Assembly (NCBI RefSeq): GCF_009914755.1
Contig: NC_060928.1
Length of the DNA stretch: 64,000 nucleotides
Origin: the human T2T-CHM13v2.0 reference genome, Homo sapiens
Direction: 5' to 3' (one strand)
Positions 1-13,949 of the stretch are shown here, piece after piece (positions within the stretch are counted from its first letter, which is position 1; every line of letters starts with the position of its first letter). The position numbers and the translations under genes are program-made. A model generated the notes under the pieces. It searched no databases. It saw only the letters and a program-made list of their open reading frames with translations, and was not told where the DNA came from.

Positions 1-534
1 TCTTGTGAGAAAAATAAAAGACCAAATACGAGAAGTTTTATCTCTGAGAGACCTACAGCTGTAATGAAATGACATTCCATGCAAAGCTGAATCAATCATC
101 CATAGAATAGAGAGCCAAAATTTATGCAAATGCCTACTAGTGGGTGCATTAAAACCATAAAACTGTAGAAATGACTTCACTTGCACCTCACCATTTTTCA
201 CGGCATTCCCTTTTAGACATCTCTCTCACCTGTCTTCATTTGCACCCACATGTACTACTCTCATTGTTCTTAGTCTCCTGTGTTTCAAATTCCTCACTTA
301 AAAGACAGCTTTTGAAAATTTCAGTGATTGCAATCTCGAAATGAGACTACAATAAAGTTATGTACTCCTAAGATGCTCTTAAATAGTTTATTTTTTTCAT
401 CTTTGGATAATGGCTCCCATACATTAGCTACCTGCATAATCCATGAAGGCAAGATAGAATTCTGTATATATGATATATATACATATGTACCCACATGTTT
501 TAAGAGTCAAGTGTTTGGAAAACTATAAGCTTCT

Positions 535-773
535 CCTTAACCTGTATTGATATTGATTAGAATTATTTTCTAAAATTAAGAGCCCTATACCTACCTGTAA
601 ATCTTTTCACATATCATTTAAACGTTGTATTATTATTGTTAATTTACAGCTTAGTTATTAATTTTTCTTTATAAGAATGCCATAATTGTGCATGCTTTTA
701 TGTTTTTCAGAAATGGATGTGTTTGGATGAAAGTAAAAGAAATAAAATATTTCACTGTCTCTAAAAAAAAAAA
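535..773 (+). pseudogene. Possible processed (retrotransposed) mRNA 3'UTR fragment, parent not identified
   Basis: U-rich 3'UTR-like sequence, AATAAA at 741-746, and an A11 tract at 763-773 at canonical cleavage spacing. No clear TSD, and the 5' boundary is uncertain. Confidence 0.4.
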
Positions 774-2379
774 CATTCAACAAGTTTATAGTTGATACAA
801 GATTAAAAAATGAGTTTTAAGAGACATGAATGCAAAAAACTTTAAACTCAAAACCAAAATGGTAGCAAAGCAAAATTTGGCATGGCACTTTTGAGCCCCA
901 AACATTAAATTTAGCTTGTCCTACTGCACAGAAGTAGCAGCATGAAAAATAACAAGTGCTAAATGTTAAATTTTAATTTGATGTTCCTGAATGAAAGTAA
1001 ACATGTGAGAACATCAGGCTCCAACGATAGGCCATTATGCTCCAAATTTTCCTTATGTTGTAGAAGACACAGATTTGAAGTGATTGTACCATATTGCCTC
1101 TTTAAAAATGCAGACCTTGGTGTATTCCATGCCACAACATTAGTTGCTCTGACACGATAAAATAATTATGATCAATGCTGTGGATTTCAATGGTCACGAT
1201 ATCTACACAAACACTAGGCTCAGCTGCAGAATCCCCTCTTCTCTTGTTCTCTTACCTTTGCCAAAATACTCTACCCCAATTTTTTTGTGAGGACTCAAGG
1301 ATTCTCCTTCTTTTGTCAGCATATTAGACATCTTGATTCTCCAGAGATCTTAATTCTAGTTTCATTCTATCCACTATCTCAGGGAAGATATCCTCTACAC
1401 TTGGATCTGCCTGTTCTTCAGAGGATGGTTGGATTTTCTGTTAGTTCATGCACTAAACTTATCAAGGAGGAGTTGTGTTCTTATTAGGTGCAGGCCTGAA
1501 GCATCAAGGTGTAGGTTTAATTTAGAAGTTTCACAATAAGAACTCAATTATTGGGAAATAAACATGCTGTTTTCTCCCAAACAACATTATAAGCAATACA
1601 GTCAAAGTGCTAATCACCATCTGTCTGACATCCTTCTTTTATTTCTCAGTTGGCTCCACATTCTGGGTAAGAGGGACTAATGGGAGGAATGGGAGCATGA
1701 TTAGGAACCCTCATAAATCTCAAAAAAGGAAACAAAGTCAAACTGAACACTGAAGGAAAGTCTCATCTGAAAGACTCTCATCTCAGTGCCAATCCCTTTC
1801 TTTCCACCCAGCTTCTTTTCTTTTCTTGTTAATTGCGGGAATCTTACCCTTTTGGATAAATTACTTCCCTCCCACTCTAGCCATGTGGCTCCAGTGGGGG
1901 CTGCTAATACTGGTACCCATCTCTCACCTTGGCCACTGGAGTTAAGTAAACCATGCTGTGACAACTTACAACCTTTATTAAGAATATTTTATTGGGGAGG
2001 GGTTTACTTTCAGGTGGCAAAGCTGTGAAAATGTGAATGGCTGGTCACCACTTCCCAAGCTCAAGGAGAAAAAGAAGCTAGCATGCAAGAAAAAGTGATG
2101 GGAAAAGCATCCTGGTGGCATCCAGTCCCAGCTACTCTTTTCCCAAGTTAAAAGGTTTCCATTCTCACTTTTATGGATCAATAAACCTGCCCACCTTAGT
2201 CCAAAACAGTGTGATCGCTCATGATAGAAAAAAAATTCCTGACTAATGAAACATTGCTCAACCAACTACATTCCAGATGGACTAGACAGATAAATGTGAA
2301 AAAAAAGTACTAAAAAATGTAGCAGAAAGAAAAAATGTACACTTAACAAATCTCAGGATCAAACGAAATTTTCTAAGCT

Positions 2380-3300
2380 TAAAATTAGAAGATGCCACAA
2401 AAGAGTATCAGATAAAATATGCAAAATAAATAGCAGAAACTTCAGTTTGTCAAAAATCCGAAACAAAATAATAATTGGATCAAAACACAGCACAATATTT
2501 GCTGAAGTTTTCACAAAGGGGATACTTTGTAAAATGCTTATAAAATTGGTGAAGAGGAGCACGGAAGTCTCCAGTAGTAAAATGGGTCAATATATAAACA
2601 ATTTACTATGAGGAAAACATAAATGACTAAAAAACATTTTAAAAATTTATCACTGACAAAAAGAAATGCAAAATGAATTATAACCTTTAGTCAAATGTTT
2701 ATATACTGTGTATACAGACATACATTTGAAATGAATATTTATACTCTTTCTATGGGTATGTAAATTGCTGTTTTGGAAGCAACTTAATACTTTTTCCGAA
2801 GAGGCTTTTACAATCTTCATCACATTTATTGTCTTATCATTTCATTTTTTGAAATTTAGTTTAAGAAAATAATTCACAATTACCAGAAGAATTCATATGG
2901 CTAAATATGTTTGTAAAAGTGACAAAGTAGAGGTAATTCAAATATATTACAATAAAGGGCATTGTTAAATAAAATTTGGCACATCCATTTAATAAGTATG
3001 TTTTGCTATTAAAATAATGCTAATGAAAATTTATAATGAACTTATAAATATGCATCTGTTTCAATGTAAAGAAGAAAAGTATAATACTTCACATATAAAA
3101 TTATTTTCACTAAATAAAAATACATATATAACAAATAATGAAGTGAAATATACCCCCAAATATGGTGGTAAATAATTAATTCTGAGTAGTGAAATCATAG
3201 GTTTTTTTTTTGTTGTTTGCTTGTTTCTTTTGCCTCTTATACGTTTCTGTTTTCTCCAAGAAGTGTTAATTACCTTTATTATAAAATTGTTATATGTAAA
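2380..3300 (+). mobile_element. Highly diverged L1ME-type LINE fragment
   Basis: A-rich strand with degraded L1 ORF2 3' end and 3'UTR-like motifs (gaaatgcaaaat, aaataaaatttggcacatccat). Confidence 0.5.
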
Positions 3301-3902
3301 GGTTTAACACTTTGCTAATAGTATTTTTTAGACTTGCTTCTGAATTACAGAATTGGCTCTTTAGTGATTGATCTGGGTAATCACAGTACAAATCAGGCTC
3401 TGCCTTTATATTTTCTTGCCTCACTCCTACACATATTTCATGCACTGCTACCTTTCTGTTGTGCTATTTTGTGACACAATATTTTGAGAGAAAACAATTA
3501 CTTACACGCAGATACTAAGTGACATTAGTTTATCTCCAACTAGGCAATGTAATTGCAACAAAACCCCCAGCTAACCAAAACCCAATAATAACTTCTGCTC
3601 ACATAAAATGAAATGTCAATTTCACTAATCACATGCTGTCTGGAATGTCCGTTCTCCATGGTAACTACCTGGCTTTCCTGGATAAGCATTTCTGATTCAA
3701 GTACACAACTGGCAGGCCTGCCCCAGCTTAACTGACCTAGTTTGGTGAAAGTTCTGCAGCCTGAATTTGATATGCCACTGCTAAAATAAAATTTCAAATG
3801 TAAGTTAAAATGCCTTTTCAATGAATGTTTTTGAATTTTAATATTGGTTAACACGAGTGTTTTTAGAGTCAGAAAAAGCATAGGTAAAATGAGTACAAAT
3901 GA

Positions 3903-4262
<360 letters not shown>

Positions 4263-6669
4263 TGGAAATGCATTTTAAGTACACGTTAGTATTTGAGGAG
4301 AAAATAAGATATGTTGCTTGAGTAGTTGTCAGATGAGACTGTCTCGTCTATTTCATACAGAGTTGGGGTTTCAAACGCCAGCACCACCTCTACCACCTCA
4401 TCTCAAACAGTAGGTCCTCTCTTCCTCCTTTTGCCTTTCCTCACCGCTTGCATCTTTGCAATTGATTCCCGGCTTTCATTCCACCTTTCCACTCTTATTT
4501 TATCTAATCCTCTCCTGTAAATAACAATCAACAACACACGATTTTAAACTTTAAAATGCTTTGGTATTGTTAAGTCAATTAATAAATATTCCCTGGGAAG
4601 TTTTAAACAAGGGTCATAATTTGTGTAAGACCAGCATAGCTATGGGTTATGCAAAATAGCTTACTAATAGTAAGAAGAAAAACCTTTTACCAGAATTTAT
4701 TTTACAAACCAAGAGGTTTGAGAAAAATCCAGCTGAGACCTCAACTTCTAATCCACTCTGCTGTGACATTTGCATTTTATAATGGCATCTATAATATTTC
4801 ACACTTCTATTTATCTCAAAATAGCATCCTAGTCATAAATACCATTTCTGCCCATCTCTTTGGTAAGAGAAAATTTCCACAAGGATTGAAAATGTTAAAT
4901 TGCTATTTGCTTCACCCTCTACTATTATGAAGTCCTCCATGATTTCAGAATAAGTCAGAGGAAAAGGTCACAATTTGTATTAAAAGCCAGAACTGCATGA
5001 GGCAAATAGTATCTGCTGAGGATATTATTGTGTGCAAAAGATAGAATTTCTTTTGTCTACTTTCCTTTTTTATAACATATATCATGTATATTATATACAT
5101 ATACATGTATTTACACATACATGTAAAAGTCAAGTACACACACAAATATATTTATGTGACCAGCTTTTAGTCACACTAAAGATATTTTTAAACAAAAACA
5201 AAATTTAAAATGTTAAGAACTGAGTTGTATCATCTAAATAACGAAGAAATAGAAAGAAGAAATATTATAGATTTTTAATGAGGTTTATCATCTTATACTA
5301 TAATCTTTCAGATTCAGTAACTACCACAAAACTTTTTTTTCCTGTCTTAGAATTTTCTTTGGTACTGTATCCTGTAAATGGTGCCATTTGAAAAGTTCTA
5401 AGCAAATGTTATCAGAGAGGGAGACACTGACAGTTGGAATTCTTGACCACCAAGATACAACTGGGAAAGACCGATGCAAGGTGCCCGACAATAAACAAGC
5501 CTCTAGGACTAACCTTGTAAATTTGGATTCTATCCTTGGTGTAGATAACTGAGATTGCTGTTGTACAAAATAAAGTGAAAGAGGAGGAAAATGAGGAAAG
5601 TTCAATGTATAAATCCATGGATGCCTACACTCTGGTCTGATTTAAGTTCTTTAGCAATGCTAAACTCAGAATGATAATGGTGTTTTCCACAATCTGTAAC
5701 TCAATAATATTTTTTAAAATTATTAATCACAGATAAATTTTAGAATGGCCAACAACATTCATAACTTTCCCATGATGTTTGTTTTTACCTTCTTTTACAA
5801 AGTAGCAAATACAAACTTCTATCTAAAAATAATCAGGTTCTACTGCTTCACTGGGACCTAAGCAAGAAAGTCTATGGGTGAATCTATCTCTTCCTCCCTA
5901 GTCAGCAGTTCCTTGGGTTAACAATTGCTAGTTGCTTCCTGAAATTCTTCCACACTTCATTCATATGACAATAATTTCCATGATGATGTGACAAATTTTT
6001 TTAAGTTAAAATTATAATTGAAGTCCTCATCCTAAAAACAATCATTGAGAGTGCTGTTTAAATTTAAAATTAAGAATAACTAAGTAAAATTTTGATTTTC
6101 TTTTTATAAATGTGAAGTGTTAATGTTTTAATAAAATGTCTTTAATACTTTCTGCTAGTTTAGTAGAATATAACTAAGAATTAACAAGAATTTTAATGTA
6201 ACTTCATCCATAGTCAAGAAGTCACGTTGAAGCCATTCCCTTCCATCCACCTTCCACAAAGCAGACTAATCATTAAATCTGCTTGAATAAACCTTTAAGC
6301 AATAGTGACTCAGATACTTCCGTCAATGCCAGGGAGTGGCTGGTGGTAAATATTGCTGTTCGTGAGAGGTACTTTTTGTTGTTGTTGTTAAATTTGGGTT
6401 AGCTTAAGAAGTTTCACTACCGTAAAAGGTGATCATAATGGAAACCTGTCAGTTTTTGCCTGCTTTTCCTTTCCAGGACACTACAGATAAGACCTTGAGC
6501 TTTTCATCTGTTCATATCTGGAGCTGCTTCTTTCTTGACTTTTTAAAACCCTCAGGATGTCTTTTGTCTAATTTTACAAACTCTGTTCTTATTTTATAAA
6601 CTCTAATTTGTTCCGATTTTATAGACTGTTTTAAGATTTTTAGTGGCACTAAACAATTTATTTTGTTTA

Positions 6670-6720
6670 GTGATACCTTAACTGCCAAAATATTTTGGTG
6701 ATACCTTAACTGCCAAAATA
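6670..6720. repeat. Short tandem duplication (28-bp period)
   Basis: gtgataccttaactgccaaaata occurs exactly at 6670-6692 and 6698-6720. Confidence 0.9.
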
Positions 6721-6762
6721 AAAGTTCCTAAATATTTTGTCTTAAGGAAACCAAAACTGCTG

Positions 6763-6862
6763 GGTGGACACTGTAGTGTGCACCTATAGTCCCAGCTACT
6801 TGGCAGGCTGAGAAGGGAGGATTGCTTGAACCCAGGAGTCCAAGGCCAGCAACATAGTGAGA
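6763..6862 (+). mobile_element. Free Alu monomer (FLAM_A-like) followed by a GA-rich tract
   Basis: cctatagtcccagctacttggcaggctgag...ggattgcttgaacccaggag...gcaacatagtgaga, then a purine-rich run to ~6950. Confidence 0.75.
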
Positions 6863-7196
6863 AAGAAAAGAAAGGAAAGAGAGAGAGAGAAGGAAGGAAG
6901 GAAAGAAAAAGACCAAAATAGAGAAACGGAGAGCAGGAGGGAAATAAGGAATGGTAGAATCCAATTTCCGATGCCTTGGCTGAAAATGTATGTTGGCAGG
7001 AAGATGGAATTTCATTGAATTACAGATAAAATAAAGCTTACACAATTTTATTAGAAAAAAGTAGGCAGGCCTGATATTGAGAAAGCTTTACTATAATAGT
7101 AATGATTCAGATTTATTTAATGCTTACAGTTTACTAGGCCCTGTGGGTTACATAGATTATATCATTTCATATTCACAACAACTTAATAGAGCTCAG

Positions 7197-7772
7197 TGTG
7201 ACATTAATTTTATGTGTCCACTTGACTGGGCCATGGGATGTCTTGATAGCCAGTTAAACATTATTTCTGAGTGTGTCTGCAGAGGGATTTCCAGGAGAGA
7301 ACAGCATTTGAATTGCTAGACTGAGTATAGCAAATGACTCTCCCCAATGTGGTGGACATCATCTAATCTGTTGAGGGTCTGAACAGAATAAAAAGGTGTA
7401 GGAAAGTTGAATTTGCTCTGCCTGAATACTTGAGCTCAAATATTGATCTTCTGTCTTTGGTGCTCCTGGTTCTCAAGCCATCAGACACTGGTGGGGATCT
7501 ACACCATCAATATGGGCTTTCTTGGGTCCCCAGCTTGCAGTTCACAGATCCTGGGACTTCTCAGCCTCCATAATAGCATTAACCAATATCCTAAAATAAA
7601 TCTCTTCATCTATATCTCTATATAATATATAGTTATATGTTATATATCAATAACATATATTATATATATAATACATCTCTTCCTATATATACATGTATAC
7701 ACATACATGTATACATATACACGTATATATACATATTGATTCTATTTCTCTGGAGAAACCCTGACTAATACA
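7197..7772 (+). mobile_element. MLT2-family (ERVL) solo LTR
   Basis: tgtg..ttaattttatgtgtccacttgactgggcc start and ctctggagaaaccctgactaataca end. Internal TA/CA-rich tract typical of MLT2. 5-bp TSD ctcag/ttcag. Confidence 0.85.
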
Positions 7773-7800
7773 TTCAGGTAGTTTTGGAAGCTGAGGCTTA

Positions 7801-8445
<645 letters not shown>

Positions 8446-9143
8446 CACTGCTTGAATTTACATGACTGGTCATTGGTGAATTTGAGTCTTGAACACTGTG
8501 AAGCTGATTTCTCAGCTCATACACTTGCCACTGACACTTCCAGTGGTTTTCTGAAAGGATAATCCAAGAACCAGAGTGGAAAATAACCCTTATACTATCC
8601 ATCATAGAGGTAATGGGTAGAGGAGCTAAAATTCAAACCCATATTTGTCTTAACTCAAAAATATTGACTCAACTCTCAGACTTTGATTTCAATTTCTTTG
8701 TATGTTAGTCAATGTCTTGCCTCAATTCTGCCAAACTATTTTATTATCCTGGTTGGTTGTCTCTAAATAATAATTACTCATGACACTCTCCTTCCACCCT
8801 CAGATTTCCTCAGGACAATGCACAGCATGAATTTTTGGGTAACACAACCAGAATGCTATATTAGAATATTACACACATCTGACTTCTACAAAGCTTCCTG
8901 TCATCAATTGTATTTAAGAGGAAATTAAAGAACAAAAACTGAAGTTATATCTGCTCATATTTGAATACATAAATTACCTTCATTTACTGAATTTTTAATA
9001 TACAAGATCCTAAATATTAAGCAGCATCTGTCAAAAATAAAACTATAAAGTGAAGAAATGAGTTGCAAATACTATACATCCTAGACACCAGTAAGTAATA
9101 TAGTTTAAAAAAACATTTCTAGCATGACTCTAAAATTGTTTGC

Positions 9144-10100
<957 letters not shown>

Positions 10101-11959
10101 TTACATATCATGTGGCTTTGGACAAATCATTTATTTTCTCCCTAGTTTTCTTGTTTAAGAAACAACTATCAGCAATAGAACTATCAATGCTACAGGATTC
10201 TGAGATGTTGAAATTACATAAACAAATCAAGAAATTAACTTGAAATTTTATAATGCCATAAAATGTCAGTACCTCTTTTTAGAATATCATTAGTTATTAT
10301 AATAAATACAGTTAACGTGTATAAGCTGAATTTTTTTCTAGCATTACTTAAAAAATGAAATGAAAAGGCCATAAATGCCAGCTTCAGACATATTCATGAG
10401 TAAAGAAATATACCTGGTTTGTTTATCTAGAAAGTAAAATAGTAATGGCAACATTACTATAACATACAAGTTGGCATTCTACCTTAAATCTTACATAAGC
10501 ACATTCTTCAATACAGTAATAAGAAAAAGTTTAGGTATTTCACTTTTATCATAACATGTCCTCACAATGACTTTTCCATTTAAATTGGGACTTAAAAACT
10601 CCCTAAAATCCTAGTGACAATCAATGTGCATACTATAAATGTAGTTTTATTTAAAACTGTCATGCTGCAAATTTTTGAACAAAATTTATTTTGAAGCAGA
10701 TCAAGAAAATTGCCAAATAAAGCTATGTGCTACATTTTCTGGTTGATAAAGAAAGGCAGAAATGTTGGCTGTGCATCTATTATGAGTAATGCACTGTACT
10801 GGTTGTTTAATCTTCATTGATTGCATTAAATCATCACAACAGGCTTTGATGAGTTTTATCGGTGCTACTGATAAAAGTAAAGAGGCTCAGAGATGAAATT
10901 CCTCCATGAGGATTACAGGGCTATCTTCTGGAGTGGCTAGGATTCCAACCCTGATATACCAGGTCCCCAAACCCAATTTATTTGCATTCTGCTAACAGTG
11001 AATTTTTTTGTGTGCTTACTGTTCCATACAGTAAGACCTTTTTCTTCAAAGGTGTCAAAAGATTTAGGGATATCTAAATCTTCCAAGAATTTTAATCATT
11101 TTTAATGCTTGTTCTATATAGATTTTATAAGATACCAGAATATTGTAAGAGATATTACAGAAAAGCATTTACTTCATAGAAAAATCATAGAAGCCACCTG
11201 CTTAATAATTAATACAGAAACAGGGAAATGAACCAACCAACCAAATGAACATAAAAATAGCATACATCTTTTTCAATAATCTTAACTTCTTTCACTTCCC
11301 CTTTTTATGGCTGGAAAAAAGTAAATACTATCTCCAAGTAATATGTTCAAGGGAAATGCACATGTATTTACCAAGAACAAAGTGGTAAACATTGTTTCTA
11401 TGGGTTACCAGAAATTACTTATTTCACGGCAACCATATTGCATCAGAGTTGCCTCATTTCTACTAAATGAACAATAAAATCGCACTTCTAAGAAGAATGT
11501 CTGGAGTTTGAGCAATAACTGTAAAATTAAGGAGACTTCAGTGGGACCAGATGTTTGTAATTACATTTAAACTGCTGCGAAGGCATTGAAAAATTGGCTA
11601 GGTAAGGAAATAAAACCTGAGGCTGATCAATAGTCAGGAGATTACTTTTCATACAGTCCTATGTGAACTTTTTGGCAGATCATTATCATAAATAACATTG
11701 ATCTTCAAAAAAGCATTTAGAACATATTAGATGAGTGAAATAGTACCTTCTGGTGTTTTTTTTTTATAAATAGTATTCAGGTTCAACTAAAACTCTTTAC
11801 CTTCATACATACAAGGGGAATCTCTCTTAACTGGTTACCCTAACAAAACATCTTTAATGATACTACCACTAGTAACCTTTTATTAGGAATACTATTTTAT
11901 AATTAATATTATAAATTAAATTTTTACAAATATTTATTGGACATAAATGAATGTGTCAG

Positions 11960-12430
11960 CCAGGACTATGCATCAGGCTGTATTCTAAGAGGCATATATT
12001 TATTTGATTCTGACCACAGCCTTTTGAGATAAGTGGTGCTATTATCTCTCCTTACAGAGGGGGGCACTGAATCACAAGAGAGATGAGCAACTGCAGAGCT
12101 GGGATCTGAACCCAGAAATCTGGTTTCCAAACCCATGCTCAGTGATCACACTGCACTACCTCCATAAAGGGTTACTGAGCAGCTTTTGGATATCAGGACT
12201 TTGTCATATACTATCTACATAATTTCACTTCACTCCCCCCGCTGTGCCCCCACTGCACCCCACCACTGCCAGCAATCATCCCAATAGCTATGATGATCTT
12301 TATTTTACAAATGAGGAAAATGAGGTTCAACCTAATTTGCTTGGTGAAGGCCCACAGCCAAGAGGTGGTGAATATGGACTCTGTCTCTGCTCTTTCAGAT
12401 CCCAATTTTATTCACCATCTACCATGCTCT
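11960..12430 (-). mobile_element. Two adjacent MIR fragments
   Basis: Core motifs gagctgggatctgaacccag and tattttacaaatgaggaaaatgaggttca. Confidence 0.7.
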
Positions 12431-12619
12431 GGCTTTGTCAGTTATTTTCTCGGCAATTTTACATAAGTTGCATGATATCACATGCCAGGGTATTTTGGAA
12501 ACGCCCATAAGATGAAAAACAATGCTAGACATGTCCTTCCTAATTACATCTCACTCAAAATTATCACACAAGTTCTCCCCAATTTTACCACTGCTTGTTT
12601 TGGTACACTTCAGCTCTGT

Positions 12620-12858
12620 TTGCTGTCCTAGCCACACAGCTACATGTATGTGTTTGTGTGTATACATATACATACATACATATATATGTACATATACACA
12701 TATACATATATATGTACATATACACATATACATACATACATATACATACATATATACACATGCATATATACACATATACATATATATGTATATATAGACA
12801 CACACACATATATGTAGCTGTGTGGTTAGGAGAGCAACACACACACACACACACACAT
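12620..12858. repeat. (CATA/TA)n compound microsatellite framed by 40-bp inverted arms, followed by (AC)n
   Basis: Direct reading. Arms 12620-12659 and 12798-12837 are reverse complements with 4 mismatches. Confidence 0.9.
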
Positions 12859-13114
12859 ATCCATCATGTTTCAGTAAGCACATCTTTGGTGTACAATTGT
12901 TACTACACTATGTTTCTTTACTAGGTAATGAGATCTACTTTCACACAATTATAAACCACATTTCACAATCTGTTGCACTCAAAAGTATTTTCAATAGGAC
13001 AGTACCCAAATTGAATGTATGTACACTCAGTTAAATTAAAAATAAAATTTACACATAAATTAGGATTTGATAGCATTTCTATTAAAGGTTTACGTATGTT
13101 TTGAAAGCCACTTA

Positions 13115-13494
13115 AGAAAATGTGGCACATATACACCACGGAATACTATGCAGCCATAAAAAAGGATGAGTTCATGTCCTTTGTAGGGATATGGATGAAA
13201 TTGGAAATCATCATTCTCAGTAAACTATCGCAAGGACAAAAAACCAAACACCGCATGTTCTCACTCATAGATGGGAATTGAACAATGAGAACACATGGAC
13301 ACAGGAAGGGGAACATCACACTCTGGGGACTGTTGTGGGGTGGGGGGAGGGGGGAGGGATAGCATTAGGAGATATACCTAATGCTAAATGACGAGTTAAT
13401 GGGTGCAGCACACCAGCATGGCACATGTATACATATGTAACTAACCTGCACATTGTGCACATGTACCCTAAAACTTAAAGTATAATAAAAAAAA
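13115..13494 (+). mobile_element. 5'-truncated young L1PA (about L1PA3) 3' end
   Basis: L1 ORF2 end, 3'UTR with poly-G tract, and A tail. 12-bp TSD gaaagccactta at 13103-13114 and 13495-13506. Confidence 0.95.
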
Positions 13495-13624
13495 GAAAGC
13501 CACTTAGAAAGATAGTCATAATGAAATGATTACTTAGATATTTTAGTTTGTTCTAGGTTGCTTCATTTACTAATACTTTATTTCTTTATATTTCCTTATT
13601 AAGCATGTCTTAATGTTTTCTTTT

Positions 13625-13764
13625 TCTATTATTTTATTATTATTTTTTTAAGTTCCAGGGTATACCTACAGGATGTACAGATTTGTTGCATAGATAAACA
13701 AGTTCCATGGTGGTTTGCTGCACCTATCAACCCATCACCTAGGTATTAACCCCAGCATCCATTA
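13625..13764 (-). mobile_element. Older L1PA 3' end fragment
   Basis: T-tail plus agttccagggtatac...ggtggtttgctgcacctatcaacccatcacctaggtatt. Confidence 0.85.
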
Positions 13765-13949
13765 ATAAGATTCTGTGCCTTGTTGATTCTGTGGAATTTT
13801 GTACACTATATTTTTTGTCCAACTCTCATGAATCCTGATAGATATAAGGCATGTATACCATAACATTCATTTTATAAAGTTGAAATTGTGGTTAGATAAT
13901 TCTTTTCTGATCTCTTTATCATTTCAAAACAAGCTTATCATTCCCACGT

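Noticed and set aside
12522-13034. Overlapping Y/I/H/C/V-rich ORFs
   Set aside because: Artefacts of the (CATA/TA/CA)n microsatellite.
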